Shown: positions 51,373-64,000 of the stretch, in pieces | How the letters are laid out: the number at the start of each line of letters is the position of its first letter | Position numbering within the stretch: the first letter of the stretch is position 1 | Source: Guillardia theta CCMP2712 | Taxonomy: Eukaryota; Protista; Cryptophyta | Assembly (NCBI RefSeq): GCF_000315625.1 | Contig: NW_005434596.1 | Coordinates: 273,009 to 337,008 of the forward strand | DNA length: 64,000 bases | Direction of reading: 5' to 3' | Translations under genes and position numbers: made by a program | The notes under the pieces: generated by a model | Told to the model about the DNA's origin: nothing | The model's database searches: none | Seen by the model: the letters and a program-made list of their open reading frames with translations, nothing else

Positions 51373-52959
51373 ATGAAGCGAAACTCGAGCGGAGACGTGC
51401 GAGGGTTCAAGCGCAGGAAGCTTGCACATCGCAAGGTATCTGGTCTTGAGATCTTCCCTGATGTGAGATGTATCTTGCCTGCTGTTCCCGTGCAGCCAAA
51501 GTGTATAAAACGATCTCATGACGCACTCCTAATCGCCTGGAGAGGGTCACAGAAACATGTTCCAGGCACATGCTACCACATTGAAGTAAGGAGACATTTA
51601 GAAAGCACATGGCGAACAGCATCTGAGGCATACCCCGGGGAAAGAATCTGGATCTCTCACTTGCAGTCACATACGGTCTATCTGGTCAGGATACGGGCAA
51701 GATGCGGGCCGCACTACAGCAAGTGGAGTGATGAAGCAATGTTCGAAACACTCGCGCAGAATCATCTTCGAAGCATCGAGAACGTTGATGTGCACGCGAC
51801 AAACAACTCGGTCAGTCTCTTCTGGAAGAATGAATGCAGAAGCATCACGAGCTATGATGTTCATGAGCTCAGACATGGAGCATGGACGACCGTGCTAGAC
51901 GCTCAAGAACAATTCAAGATGCAAGCCGAGTTCCAGCGACGAGCACCAGGCGCTGTGGAGGAGGCGGTATGGTTTGTAAGAAGGAATCTGCTGCCGGGGA
52001 GAGAGTACGCATTTCGGATTATAGCAAAGGAGAAAGAGAATCATTACAGCAGCAAACCCATACACGTCAAGACGGAATCACCAGTGTTGAGCCCTCCCGG
52101 CCCCTGTGACAAGGAGCAGCATCCTACGTGCTCATGCGACAAGTTCTCACAGACCGATGCAGACTGTCATTGCAGTTCTACTGCCTCACCTTGTACGGAC
52201 GTGAACTTCGAGATTCCAACTGTTTCACCCTGTTCACATGTCTCTGCCCCCATGGTAAGTTCCTTGGTGGAATCGTCGATCCCAGTCGGAACATCTGACG
52301 TATTTTTAGATGCCGTTGGCTCTTAACTGCTCAGAAGCGTCACCAGACAGCATCACCATCGAGTGGGATGGCCTCATGTGCCCTGCTACGACCGAGTACG
52401 TCGTACAGACCATGCAGCTCGGAAACTTCTGTCTCCATCCGAGTTGGGGTGAACATCGCAGTCAATCATCAACTTTGACGCTTGAAAGCCTTCGATCATC
52501 CACATTCTACCTTGTTAGAGTCGCTCCAGTCTGTGTGATATGCAACAACTTCATCAGTGAGGTATCATCTGAGCCTGTTGCGCTGCCGGCACTGACGCAC
52601 AAGTTTGAACGACAGTGGAGCAAAGTTCTTGTTCTCCCCACGAAGCCGATGGATAATGCGAGAGTGGAGCTGCAAGGAAAACTTCAAAGAATCCTTGACT
52701 GCAAGAGAACATCCCAGATGATCATCAGCCGGCTGATGAAGAGCCACCTGACCTTAGACGAGGTGAAGAAGATGCCAAGGCGTGTCTTGGAACAACACTT
52801 GAGGGAGCTTCAGGTACGAAGTCGATGTTGAGATTGCCTCTGCCATGCACCACCATACTTGTAAACCCTGGTCTGAAGGCGCTACAGGTCAAAGAGGGGG
52901 GGATTTTCGCTGTAACGTATGCCCTACACGGGAAGACGCTTCCATGTCTCACAAACTGA
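51373..52959 (+). CDS. Fibronectin type III domain protein (3 FN3) with a basic N-terminus and a helical SAM-like C-terminus
   Basis: LLIAW...YHIE...LQSHTVYLVRIRAR..YSKWS; VSLFW...LLPGREYAFRIIA; ITIEW...LRSSTFYLVRVA. N-terminal KRRKLAHRK; no signal peptide or TM segment. Confidence 0.75.
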
Positions 52960-53264
52960 AACCCGACAGTTACAAGTCATCTGAACCGTGTGTTCATAAG
53001 TGCCGGTGTAATGAATAAAAGAACATGATAGACACGTACGTAACCCTCTCGGAGCGGACACTCCTTCTCTTCTGTCTCTCAACTCGAAGTCGCATCGTCA
53101 TGGACCCCAAGGAATGTGAATGAAGCGTGTTTGTGTTCCCCGATGTGCTCAGAATGGAAGGTTCTTGCCGGTCTTGATTGCCCATTGCAGCCACCCTAGT
53201 AATGGCGCGATCAGTAGCATCCTGGTAACACCCGTTAGCATCAGAGGACGAGAAGGAGTGACTG

Positions 53265-53765
53265 TTACAGCAGGAAGACGTTGATGTTCTCATCCTGTTG
53301 CAAAGGTTTCGGTTTGTTGAACGATTCTTCGATGCTCTTGAAGTTGATTTCAGCATCTTCGCTCGTGCTCTTTCCTTTGAGCTGCTCTTCTGTGATCACA
53401 TACCCTCCTTTTTGGTCAAGGAAGTCCAGGATATCTTCAAAAAATCTGCCAATCGATCGCCCCCTTGCCAGCAAGAAGAAGACAGCAGTCAGTCCAGGCA
53501 CAAAGAACCACGGGAAGTCAAGCGCCAGGTCGACCAGTGAAGCCCCTCCTCCTTCCTCCGACAACATTGAGAGCGAACAGCTTGCTCTCGTGGGACGGGT
53601 TGCAGAGGTCGATCCGGCAGGACTCGTAGTAAGCGGATGGGGACGAAGCTGCTGCTGAGGGGAGGAGACGATCATGGAGGTGTGAGTACGCAGGAGGAGA
53701 GTGGGGGGAGCAAATGCCATGCCTGCCAGCCCCGGCCCTGCATACCTTCGGGGGCTGCTGAGCAT
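53265..53765 (-). CDS. Small single-TM hypothetical protein, possibly plastid-targeted
   Basis: AFAPP followed by a Ser/Thr/Arg-rich transit-like stretch, then TM FPWFFVPGLTAVFFLLA. Termini are uncertain. Confidence 0.45.
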   Translation of the reverse strand: MLSSPRRYAGPGLAGMAFAPPTLLLRTHTSMIVSSPQQQLRPHPLTTSPAGSTSATRPTRASCSLSMLSEEGGGASLVDLALDFPWFFVPGLTAVFFLLARGRSIGRFFEDILDFLDQKGGYVITEEQLKGKSTSEDAEINFKSIEESFNKPKPLQQDENINVFLL

Positions 53766-53974
53766 CGGGGGACTTATTACATATTTTATAAGGAAAATAC
53801 CATTTTAGACAGTTAGAAAAGACACTAAATATAGTACTCAATGCTTGAGTCAATAAATATTGTTCGTATGAAAGTAAAACTTGATTTTTATTTTGTGGTA
53901 CTGGAACTCACCAAGGAAGGGTGGTTGAGCAAAACTAAAACTCCGAGCTATACAAAAACCAGCGACTCTTCGCA

Positions 53975-56839
53975 ATGGCGCCGCTCGGTGGAGCGGTAGG
54001 GAGGAGGATGGCGGTGCTGGCGGGAACATCCAGCGTCCTCCTCCTATGCCTCCTCGTCTACACATCTTCCCCATCCTCTTCCCCCTCCTCCTCCTTGCTT
54101 CAAGGAAGCCTCCCCGGCTCAAGTGGATGGCTGCAGAGCCAGTGGGCGAACGGAGGTTGGCAAAGATGGCAGCACCCGGAAGATGCGGAAGGAGCTGGGA
54201 GAATGATCTACCAGCGAGCGATGGGCAATCTTGATTCTCCATCGCAGCAGCCTTTCATCAAGAACTTCTCTCCAGAGGACCATGTCAAGGTGAAAGCGAA
54301 CCAATGGCTCATCCGACCTGGTGACAGGGAGGCTTTTGCAAAGGAGGCGAAGGAGGTGCTGGGGGTCTACGATCCAGATGTCAAAGGAAAGATCATCTCC
54401 TGGGATGACTTGTCGAGGTTTCCATCCGCTCCTGGGTACATGCCGGAGAGTGCCGAGGGGCGAGAGAGGATCCAAGAGTTCCAGGCCGATCCCAAGGTGG
54501 CGGAGGAACTCGAGCGGTACAAGAACATGTTTGGGGAGGAGGCATCGCGAGCTCGGCAGTTGCCGGCCCCGGTCGATCAGACGGGAGGATACTCTCCTGC
54601 TGTTGACAAGATCATCCACGATTACTTCGAGCGAATGAGGAAGCAGCGAGAGGTGAAGAGAGGAGCCGAGGCCGTGGAGGACGGGATCGGCGAGGTAGAT
54701 GCCCTGAGTGGTGGTCTTGAGGATGCAACTGATCCAGAGATCTTGCAGGACGGTGAGCCGTACATCAAGATCAAGTTCAACAGGAAGATCAGAGACCTTC
54801 CCGCTGCTGAGACGCAATCTTCCGACGACGCTGAACCCTCCAACGACGACACTGCTGTGGACTCTTTCTCAGAGGCAGAAGACACGAGGGAAGCTCGGAT
54901 CGAGAGAGTTGCACGAGAGGAGGAGAGAATGAAGGAGGCAAGGGCAGCTGAAAGGCGCCGGAGAGAGGTTCACGAGGCTTGTCACGTTTGCCGTTGATTT
55001 AACTCCTTGCGGCAGAGTCAAGAGATCATTCAAGGCGCCATCGCCCCTATCCAGGACGAGATGCAGGAAGTGAAGCGGATGATGGAGGAACAGCAGAAGA
55101 ACATCGACAACCTCTCCAAGGTGAGAAACATCGACGGCTCAACAATGTGAGTTGACAATTCTTCTTCTTCCTCCCAGGACGTCCATGAACGCAGCGATGA
55201 AGCTCCTCGAGTGGACCCTTCCAGCTCCAGCAGCATGATCATGTCCAACACCGGGATCTCCTTCTCCATCCCTGGAAAGATCAAGATGGATCGCCTTGAG
55301 CTGCCAGGAGGGCGATATGACTTCGCCATCGGCGGACCCGCAGTGAGCAAGTCAGCCGAGGAAGAGGACAAGGCACCCGTGGTGTCGTCGAACCCTGTTC
55401 CTGATAGTGATGAGAGGGCTCAAGTGAAGCAGGATGACGCTGGCGTGTTGAACTCCAGAGAAGATCTCGATGCTGGCATCGACCAGGATGCTGTCAGGAA
55501 CGCTGCAAGGGACCTTGCGAACAGCCGGATCCAGAGTTTCGACAAATCGAAGCAGGAGGCAACCGAAGACGATGTCTTGGACACGGTGAGCATGATGGAC
55601 AACGCCATCGACAGGGAAGCTGTAAAGGCTGCGGCGGACGAGCTCCGAGATCAAGTTATTCAGGATCATCAACCCACTGCCAAGGCGGAGGACGATGTCC
55701 TAGACTCTACGACAGGCATGGACAATGGAGTAGACGTGAAGGCTGTGCGGAAAGCGGCTGAACAGCTGCAGTCCAGGAAGATCGGCATGACCAGCAACAG
55801 CGACGACGACGTGCTGGACTCGATGAGTATGATGGACAACGCGATCGACCGTAAGGCCGTTCAGAACGCGGCGAAGGCTCTGCAGGATCGTGTGATCAGC
55901 TCTGCCTCCCCTCCAGCTGACGATGTTCTGGACTCCGTCACGGGTATGGACAACGGGGTGGACGGAAAGGCTGTCCGGCAAGCGGCAGATGAGCTGCAGG
56001 CAAGGCTGGCAGGAGGGAAGGTGGTCCAGGCCAAGACAGCTGGTTCAACGAGGAAGGACGCGAAGCTCAAGGGCAAGGGAGCAAGGACGCAGATGCTGAG
56101 CGAGGAGATGCTGCTTCCCATCAACATGAGAGGAGGATACGCCGGGAAATACCTGGACCCTGTGGGAGGAACGGCTCACAGGAAGGAGCTGAGGACTCGT
56201 GCTAGCCTCGAGGAGACTGAGGCCGACAGGAACCACACGGAGCATCTGAACGGTCTCATGGACCAGCAGGAGGAGCAGCCTGCCCACGAGTACCAGCCTT
56301 CCGTAGTTGGGGGCCTTGGAGGTGCAGGGAGCACGCAGGAGGCGTGGTACGCCTCTTGGTGGAAAAACCCCAACTCCGAGGACCTGGTCAACAGCGTCGA
56401 CGAGGACCTTGGGCTGACTGAAGACCAGGGGAAGCAGAAGCTGGTGGAGAACGGGCTGAACGTGGATGGATGGGAGCCTGGCAGGTCGCAGGAGCAGGTG
56501 AGAGAGGACGAGCTGCATCACCATGAAGTACCAGCCGGGTTTTGGTCAGCCGACATGCAGGAGAATCAGGACTACGACGAGGACAACGAGGACGACAAGC
56601 AGGCAGGGGAGGGAGAGGAGGAGGGAGTTGGCGAAGGACATCAGGGAGCGGAGCATGCGGAGGGAGAGGAGTCGCAAGATGAGGAGCAGCAGGAGGAGAA
56701 AGAGGAAGAACCTCTCTGGAAAGACCCGATGCCCAAGAGTGTCCTCTGTCAGGGAAGGAATGCAACTTGGTGCCAAGAATCCGAAGCTGGAGGGCAAGGT
56801 GGGGAAGAGCAGGGGCAGGAACAAGAGCAGGGGCAATAG
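53975..56839 (+). CDS. Secretory/type II membrane acidic repeat protein (two short introns)
   Basis: N-terminal anchor VLAGTSSVLLLCLLVY; ORFs 53975-54997 and 55211-56839 are joined through a short exon (~55015-55120); internal DDVLD..MDN..D..AV..AA..L repeats. Confidence 0.7.
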
Positions 56840-57070
56840 ATGGATGAATCTGTATACAAAACTCGAAAACTATCATTTGAAACTTGTCTGCACTCCATTT
56901 CAGATCATAAGGTCTGCGCGCATTTTCCTCTCCTATTTCTATGCCCAATCTCCTCCTCCTCCCACCCAAATTATCCCTCAATTCAACTTTCCTCCCCTGC
57001 CTCTTTCCCTGTTTGCTCTCTTCACTATCCAGTCGCCTTCAACTCCGTCAGTAGATTTCGTCGCCTGCGC

Positions 57071-58690
57071 TCATGCTCTATCGAGCGACAGGTTCATGAA
57101 TTTCCTCTTTGAGAAGCAGACCCAAAACTTGTTCGGCCTTCCTCCATGAGCAAAGACAACCTGCAAGCTCACCGCCTCAGCTTCGTCCTCCTTCCACTTC
57201 CTCCTCCTCACTGTGTGCCTCCTCCCCAAACATCCTCCTCTCCTCCTCCCCGCATCCCCCCCTCCCTCTTCCTTTACCCCACCCGCCGTTTCCTCATCCT
57301 TCTCCCATCCTTCTCCCGACTTTGTTCCTCCTCACCTCTGTCAGTCTCTTCCCTGTCTCCTCCCTGCACCCTCGTCAGCCTTGACATGTGCAAGTCGCCC
57401 ATCAGGACCTGAGCTGCTTGAAGTACGCCTTGAACATCTCCGCCTCATCGTTGGTGTTTGCCTGTATCAGAGTCACACACGCGCTGCGCTCCTCTCATCC
57501 CCTTCCTTGGTGAAGAATCCGTTGAAAGGAAACCCGCTCTGTCCGGGAAGAGGGAAGCTCTCCCATGCGTATGCCTTCGGCACCCGTCAGTCTCTCTTGG
57601 TGCATCAGGGATCAATGCTGTCTGCACGAGAGGAGAGGAAGAAGAAAGGTGATCAAGACTGCAGATGGAGGTTGTAGAGAGGGACTTGATGGAGCAGTGG
57701 GAAGAGAGGGATGAAGAGAAGGGGGGGGAGAGGAGGAGCTGATCAAGAACCTGCAAGACTTTCTCCGCGTCCTTCTGAGATTCGCATCTCTCGATCCTTG
57801 CGAGGCAGGAAGATATGTACCTGCGAAAGCTGCTTCAGCCTCTCCTCCTCCTCCTCCTCCTCCTCCTCTGCATCATCATCTGTAGCAGACTCCTTTCCTC
57901 CTGGCAACTCCTCTCCGCCCTCCGAACAACCACCAACACGTCCATCCCCTCCTCCTCAGCTCACAAGGTGAGGTAGACCAGGATACGATCCGCTCCACCC
58001 TGCCATCACATTCAGTTGCTGGAAGCCATGGAGCCTCTTCGCAACCTGAATCTCATAGTTGCGAAAGAAGACGTTTGCCCGGTAATATGTGATGGCCTCG
58101 TCTACTATGTCCATCGCATCTTCGGTCAAGTCCATTACCTTACGATACTTCTGTCAGCACAAGTTCGAGCATCAGGCTGATCTTACGATCGTCTTGTTCA
58201 CGGGGCCCTTGCAAGTTGTTCGGAAGGGCAGCAAACTTGCTCCTGGTGAAAATGACCATCAAAGATGTCTTGTTTTGACTCGCTGAGAGACTGAATATAT
58301 ACACGGGGGGAGAGAGGGGGGGGAGAGGGGGGAGGGAGGGAGGGAGGGAGGGAGGGAGAGAGGGAGGGAGGGAGAGAGGGAGAGAGACAGAGACAGAGAC
58401 AGAGTGAGATGGAGAGACAGAGGTAGAAAGAAAGGAAAAGGGAATAGAGTTTATAGAGGTGTGAAAGTGGTGGGAGGAGAGGGGAGTAGGAAGAGGAAAG
58501 GGAGGGAGAGTGGTGTATTCACCGCAAGAGCTTCCGACTTTCACATCATTGTAAGCAGAATGTTTTGCCTGAGCAAGAAGCATCAACGAGTCTTGCATGC
58601 GTTTCCAACCCTTCAAGTCTCCTCCCTCACTTCCATCTTTCCCCTCCTCTTCTTTCTCCCTCTCCTCCCATGATCCCTCGCTATCACCAT
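57071..58690 (-). CDS. ARPC3: Arp2/3 complex subunit 3 (p21-Arc)
   Basis: M|[79 protein letters not shown]. Confidence 0.92.
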
Positions 58691-59298
58691 GGCTGATGTG
58701 TCGGCAGCCGTTATCGTGAATAACGGATATAACGTCAAGAATAACGGTTGTGTTCAGTCGCCGTTTGACCGTCCGATCGGATCCGATCACCCGGTGACCC
58801 GGTGGCGGGCCGGGCCCGCGGGCCGGTAACCGGTCTGACTCCCGGCCCCGCCGCCGATTCCGACCGGCGTGCAATAGTTCACTCAGTAGTCCAATCAATG
58901 CAATGCGGACGCATTTTACTGTCAAAATCTGAATCCTACAGCCTCTATTAAGCCAGCAGCATGCACCGATTTCAGACACACGCACCTGTTGTTGTAAAAG
59001 TCTGCAATCACAAGGTTGTCAACTGCATCAACCTTGCAATCCGTCGGTCTGAAGAACTTGAAGAGGAATTCAATTGAGAACTGACTCCTCCTCCTCCTCC
59101 TCCTCCTCCTCCTCCTCCTCCTCCTCCACCACCACCACCACCACCACCACCACCTGATCAGACTGTCACTCCTCCTGATTCTGCTCTCACTGATCCTTTC
59201 TCCTCGTCCTCGTCCTCTTCTTCATCCTCTTACTGATCCTCCCTCCTCTTCCTCGTCTTACTGACCTGACCTTCCCCTCTGCCAGCAGAGCCTGCACA

Positions 59299-60629
59299 TC
59301 AAGAGTCAACTAATCTCGCGCAACTTTCAAACTCGTGTCTGCCTATCTTCTTGACGAAATGCCCCTGTTTGGTGAAGACCTTGATGTCATGCGCACCTTC
59401 TACGAAACAACTTTGAGTCAGCCATTCTTCCCTGATTCTTGACGCGGTATACCATCACATATGTAGAGGAGACCGTCGTTGCCCAGTGTGATTGACAGTG
59501 GGCAAACAAGCTTGTTTTCTCCGACATGCGCGCCTTCGTATTCGCTAGCTTCGAAGAACATCTCAGAATGTCTTCTACATTCACTGATGGCTAGCACACT
59601 TGATCCGTCGAACTCGTTGATCAGCTCTCCGTCGACATCGAAGACAAAGACGCTGACACATCAATCAGTCCAACCTTTTTTCTTACAAGGCAAATGCTAC
59701 CTGCTAAGTCCTGCATCGGCCACATAGACGAATCCGATCTCGTCAACACAAACAGCACAGGGGTTGCACATCTCTTGTGGCGACTGGATGTCCCTGACAA
59801 ACCTCCCACCTCGATCCATCACCACCACACGCTTGTTCCCGGCTGAGAACAGGAGGGTCTCAACGCTCCTGTGAGCAGCAGCAGGTCTTACCGTCTGCAA
59901 CATAAATGAACCCACCGTCCGCCAAGTCGATCCCTTTCGGGAAGGACAGCATTGGCCTTCCATCTTCATGCCAAACGTTCGATGTCAGTCACGATGAGCT
60001 ATGAATCATCAGGCTGGAACCTTCACTGACGCCAAGTTCCCGAACGAGACTGCCGTCGCTCCTGAGCAGCAATATCCTGGAGCATGTAGCCTTCAGCACA
60101 ACTTTCACGCCATGGGAGGTCGCAACCTGTGGTTGAAGCCATCGACAACGTATATGTTCTCCTCGTCATCAAGAACCAGCCCCTGTATGCACTTGACAGT
60201 CGACGGGGACTGGTCCTTCAGAGAGTCTTTCAGGCGTATCTTCGAGATTAGAGTCCCGTCTTGTCCTCGATACACTCTGATGGTCTCAGATGATGCATCT
60301 ACTGAGGAATTAGCCTATGTGCTCACCTACACCCCCAGCAGCACCCCATCACCTGATGAGAAGATGTTTCCCAGCTTGTCCAGAGCGACGTGGCAGGGGG
60401 TCTGGAATCTTCCCTGCAAACCATGGAGAGGCTCTCAGAACAGCGCGAGTCACACAACAACGGGTCTCAAGGCAACGTCACCGCATAGCTCGTGGCAACG
60501 AGGAAAATCTCGTCTACCTGTATTCACGTCAACGTTTACGTCAGCTCCTGCGGCTCGAAATGACCGCCTGCAACTCTGAGCACCTTCATCTTCCGCACGA
60601 CCCCAGGACGCATCCTCCTCCCCATCATC
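59299..60629 (-). CDS. NHL-repeat beta-propeller protein
   Basis: FQTPCHVALDKLGNIF, GLVLDDEENIYVVDGFNHR, PKGIDLADGGFIYVAD, NPCAVCVDEIGFVYVADAG, CPLSITLGNDGLLYICD. The 5' end is approximate. Confidence 0.75.
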
Positions 60630-61466
60630 AGTGCCGCTTGCAGTGTGGTGACCGTCGACTCAAATCTTTCATTGCCCGCTTGCAGGCCTTGACGTGCTAG
60701 TCATTGTTTCTTCCGAGTTCGTTAGAGACGCCGTTTCAACGGTTACAATGGAAATGAGGGGGATGATTTTCAAATGCGAGGGGACGAGGGTTCATTTTCC
60801 GCCAGAGAAGGGACAAGGGAGATGACGAAATCAAGCGGAGCGAGAGGAGGGGAGGGGAGGAGGAAGGGGAGGGGGGAGGAGAGGAGACGAGGAAGGGAGG
60901 GGAGGGGAGGGAGGATAGGATAGGACAGGAGAGCAGCCAAGAGAATGGTATGGTAGGGAGGGGAAGGGAAAGGAAAGGAGGTAAGGACAGGAATGGGGAG
61001 GGGAGGGGAGGGGGGGGGGGGGCAGGGGGCAGGGGAAGGGAAAGGAAGGCAAAGAAGAGAAGATGAAGGGAGGATGTAAAGAGGAGAAGATGGAGTAGAC
61101 CAGAGGGAAGGCAGAAGGAAACAAGGAGACTACAAATCACACAGTCAGTCAGGGAGATGAAGCAACGAGCAAGAACTATTAAGGAAAGGGTAGCAGAAGG
61201 GTAAAGTAAAGAGTGAGCATGATAATTCCGTGTCTTTTGCAAGCCTTCTTTGAGCTTCTTCATCGATATTATCAGTCTGCTAATTGGTTTCCAGGTATCC
61301 CCTATGCTTGCTTGGACATTATCTCCCCCGTGAAAGTTGTTCGCAATGATAAGCGGAGAGTCGTCTTGCTGAGAACAGAGTCTTTCGTGAACAAGGGACA
61401 GAAGCAGGGAGGAGGAGGAGGAGGCAGAAGAAGAGGAGTGATCGTACATTGTTGTTCTGGAGACGG

Positions 61467-62233
61467 ATGGTTCTTCAGGGAGTAGCAGCGTTCGGGCACA
61501 TCGCTCCCCCCGTTGTCGTGTACGCTAAACAACCGGAGCAGCACCGAGGAAGCAGAGCCCTCATGTGCTTCCCTACCGAGTACACCGAGTACGTGTTCTG
61601 CGTCAACGCCGCGGGCCACAAGTGGGACGTCGCCAAGCGCTTCCGGGACTTCGTCAACTTCGAGAGGAGGCTCATCGCCACGTTCTCGGAGGCAGACCTG
61701 GAGGGGCGGGAGCCGCTGCCGGAGAAGAACTTCTTCCTGTCCAACAGCCCCTCGTTCGTGGAGCACAGGAGGTGGCGGCTCGAGATGTACATCAACAGCC
61801 TCGCGCATTGCCCTGTGGTTGCGCACAGCGACGCGTTCAAGGAGTTTCTGGAGTACGACGAGGAGAAGATCGTCAGCTCTGCGGGAGACGATGCGTTTGC
61901 TGGGCTGACAGGTTGGGGATGATGAGGGAGGGAGGGAGGAAGAGCCCGAGGTGACTTGGGGTGACAGCCTACGACCGGGAGCAGGAGAGGATCAAGATGG
62001 AACGGCTGGCGGCCCTGGCCAAGATGTGAAGAAGTTTGTGAAGCATGTCTGAGAGCCTGACGAGATGCCTCAGGCCGTTGAGATCTTCTGTGCAAGCTGA
62101 GAACTCGACCTCCTCCGTCTCCACTCCTCATGTGAGCCTCTTGCTCCTCCTCCTCATCCTGCTCCTCCTCCACTTCCTCCCCATTCCCCTCCTTTTCGCT
62201 CCTACTCATTCCTTCTCGCTCGTTCCTTTTCGT

Positions 62234-62264
<31 letters not shown>

Positions 62265-62415
62265 GCCTCCTTCTCGTCCTCGTCCTCGTCCTCGTGCCTC
62301 CTCCTCGTTCTTCCTCCGTCGCCGCCTCTACTCCTGGTAGCTGACGTGGGAGCTTGCATGCAGGGCTTCTCTACCAGCGATCAGTGGGCGTGGGCAGGAG
62401 ACGCTCTCTCACTAG
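61467..62415 (+). CDS. PX (phox homology) domain protein
   Basis: YTEYVFCV...WDVAKRFRDFVNFERRL...PLPEKNFF..SPSFVEHRRWRLEMYINSL....VAHSDAFKEFL. The 3' exons are uncertain. Confidence 0.8.
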
Positions 62416-62536
62416 AACGACAGGAGTGAAACGGGAGGCTGATGATGGAGGAATCAGAATTCACTTGAAACCTTCAGCAGAAAGTTTCAATTTTTCAAGT
62501 CGGATTCTGGAAGCTAATGAAGATAACGCTCAAAAT

Positions 62537-64000
62537 TCACGTCGTCTTGGCCTTCTTCTTGGCTCTGTCTTCCTCCAGCGCTTTCCTGATCATCCGAGAA
62601 TGAGCAGACGGACAAGAAACAAGAGAGCGAGGAGGGAGAGGAAGGAAGAGACAGCGAGGTAGAGAGCGGGGAGGGAGAGGGAGGAAGAGACAGCGAGGTA
62701 GAGAGCGGGGAGGGAGAGGGAGGAAGAGACAGCGAGGTAGAGAGCGGGGAGGGAGAGGAAGGAAGAGACAGCGAGGTAGAGAGCGGGGAGGGAGAGGGAG
62801 GAAGAGACAGCGAGGTAGAGAGGGGGAGAGGTATGGAGGGAGGGAGAGAAAGGGAGAGAGAGAGAAAGGGAAGGAGGGAGGGAGAGAGGGAAGGGGGAGA
62901 GGTGAGATGCAAAGGGCAAAGGGAATCGAGTGGGAGGGAGGGAAGAGAGCGATGTGGGGGACGGGGCAAGCAGACAAGAGAAAGAGAGGAGGAGATGAAA
63001 TGGGGTAGAGGAGGGAGACGCGAGCAGGGGGGATGGCTTGAGTGAGAAAGGCAGGAGGAGGAGTCGGCGTTTTTGGCGTAGGGAAGGGGGCGCGGGAAGG
63101 GAGGAGAAGGAGGGGAAGGGAGGAGGAGGAGGGGAAGGGAGGAGGAGGAGAGTGTGGTACTTTGGATCGACAGGACAAGGGGTCACTCCATCGCCCTGAG
63201 AGAATTTCAGCAAATCAGCGAATTCGGTAGGAGCGACAGGACAACCTGAATGTCTTCGAGGGAGAGCAGGACAGTGCCGACCTGAGATGTTCAGTGTCAG
63301 TGACAGACTTAGTGAGAGGATGTAGTTTCAAGATGTAGTTTCAAGATGTAGTTTCAAGATGTAGTTTCAAGATGTAGTTTCAAGAAGTAGTTTCAAGATG
63401 CAGTTTCAGGACGTAGTTTCAAGATGTAGTTTCAAGATTCAAGATGTCAAAATCGAGATTTGGTGGTGTCAAGATGTAAGATGCAAAGAGCAGGATTTCT
63501 CGCGCACCTGACTCTCAATGCTCTGTGGGACTGCCATCTTGGCCAGAAACTCCTTGGCTGCGTTGACTGCCATGAGAAACGATGTGAGCAAAGGGATACA
63601 ACGAAGACGAGATTGAGATCATGACGAAGACATCCAAAAGATATTGAGATCATCATTAAGACAAAAACGAGATTGAAATCATACACAGAGCTCTCAAGAG
63701 ACAAGTGCAAGGTTTCAAACAGACCAGCCATGTCGGTAGAAAGGTTGACATGAGTGTCATGAGTGTACTGTCTAATCCATGATGGTAACTTGGACTTCTT
63801 GTCGTTGCGCGCGTATCTCTGCAGGAAAACGATCAAGAAGAGGAGGACAACAGTGACGGTGGGAAAGGAGAGGAGGGAGAAGAAGAGGGAAGGGGTAGGT
63901 GAAGGAGATGGGAGGGAGAGGGAAGGAGAGGAGGGGGGAAGGGACGGGGGAAAGGAAGAAGGGGGGGACAGGGGAAGGAAGGGGGGAAAGAGGGAGAACA
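62537..64000 (-). CDS. ERCC2: 3' part of the TFIIH helicase XPD/Rad3; the gene continues beyond the window
   Basis: RYARNDKKSKLPSWIRQY...NLSTDM|AVNAAKEFLAKMAVP...VGTVLLS matches the XPD C-terminus. Related Fe-S helicases are not fully excluded. Confidence 0.75.
62632..62821. repeat. Minisatellite, ~5 x 39 bp, intronic
   Basis: GAAGAGACAGCGAGGTAGAGAGCGGGGAGGGAGAGG.AG recurs at 62645, 62684, 62723, 62762 and 62801. Confidence 0.9.
63319..63436. repeat. Minisatellite, ~9 x 13 bp (GATGTAGTTTCAA), intronic
   Basis: Directly visible tandem units with a few substitutions. Confidence 0.92.

Noticed and set aside
63319-63436. Possible CRISPR or iteron array
   Set aside because: A simple 13-bp tandem repeat with no spacers, inside an XPD intron.

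Overview
Gene-dense, intron-rich eukaryotic nuclear DNA. Very short GT-AG introns of about 45-55 nt, SSR- and purine/pyrimidine-expanded introns and bipartite plastid-type leaders suggest a cryptophyte alga such as Guillardia theta (inference). About 22 protein-coding loci can be reconstructed by hand-splicing, and they alternate strands almost perfectly. Recognisable genes are ANKZF1/Vms1, a papain-family homologue, a bHLH/PAS-like factor, Aquarius with an extra N-terminal SAP domain, a MetC-like protein, a Sel1-repeat protein, ALKBH4, a GT17/MGAT3-like glycosyltransferase, an FN3 protein, ARPC3, an NHL protein, a PX protein and the 3' end of XPD. The most striking locus is 34203-41376. It appears to be a single spliced gene joining a cytochrome b5 domain, four globin domains (three keep the proximal His), ankyrin-like repeats and a 6-TM TRP-like channel, making it a candidate heme-based O2/NO/redox-gated ion channel. 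Other notable features are two apparent pseudoenzymes, a compact intronless virus-like gene cluster at the left edge, an interstitial telomere-like tract and an E-box cluster. All exon boundaries are manual and approximate, and no database searches were run.
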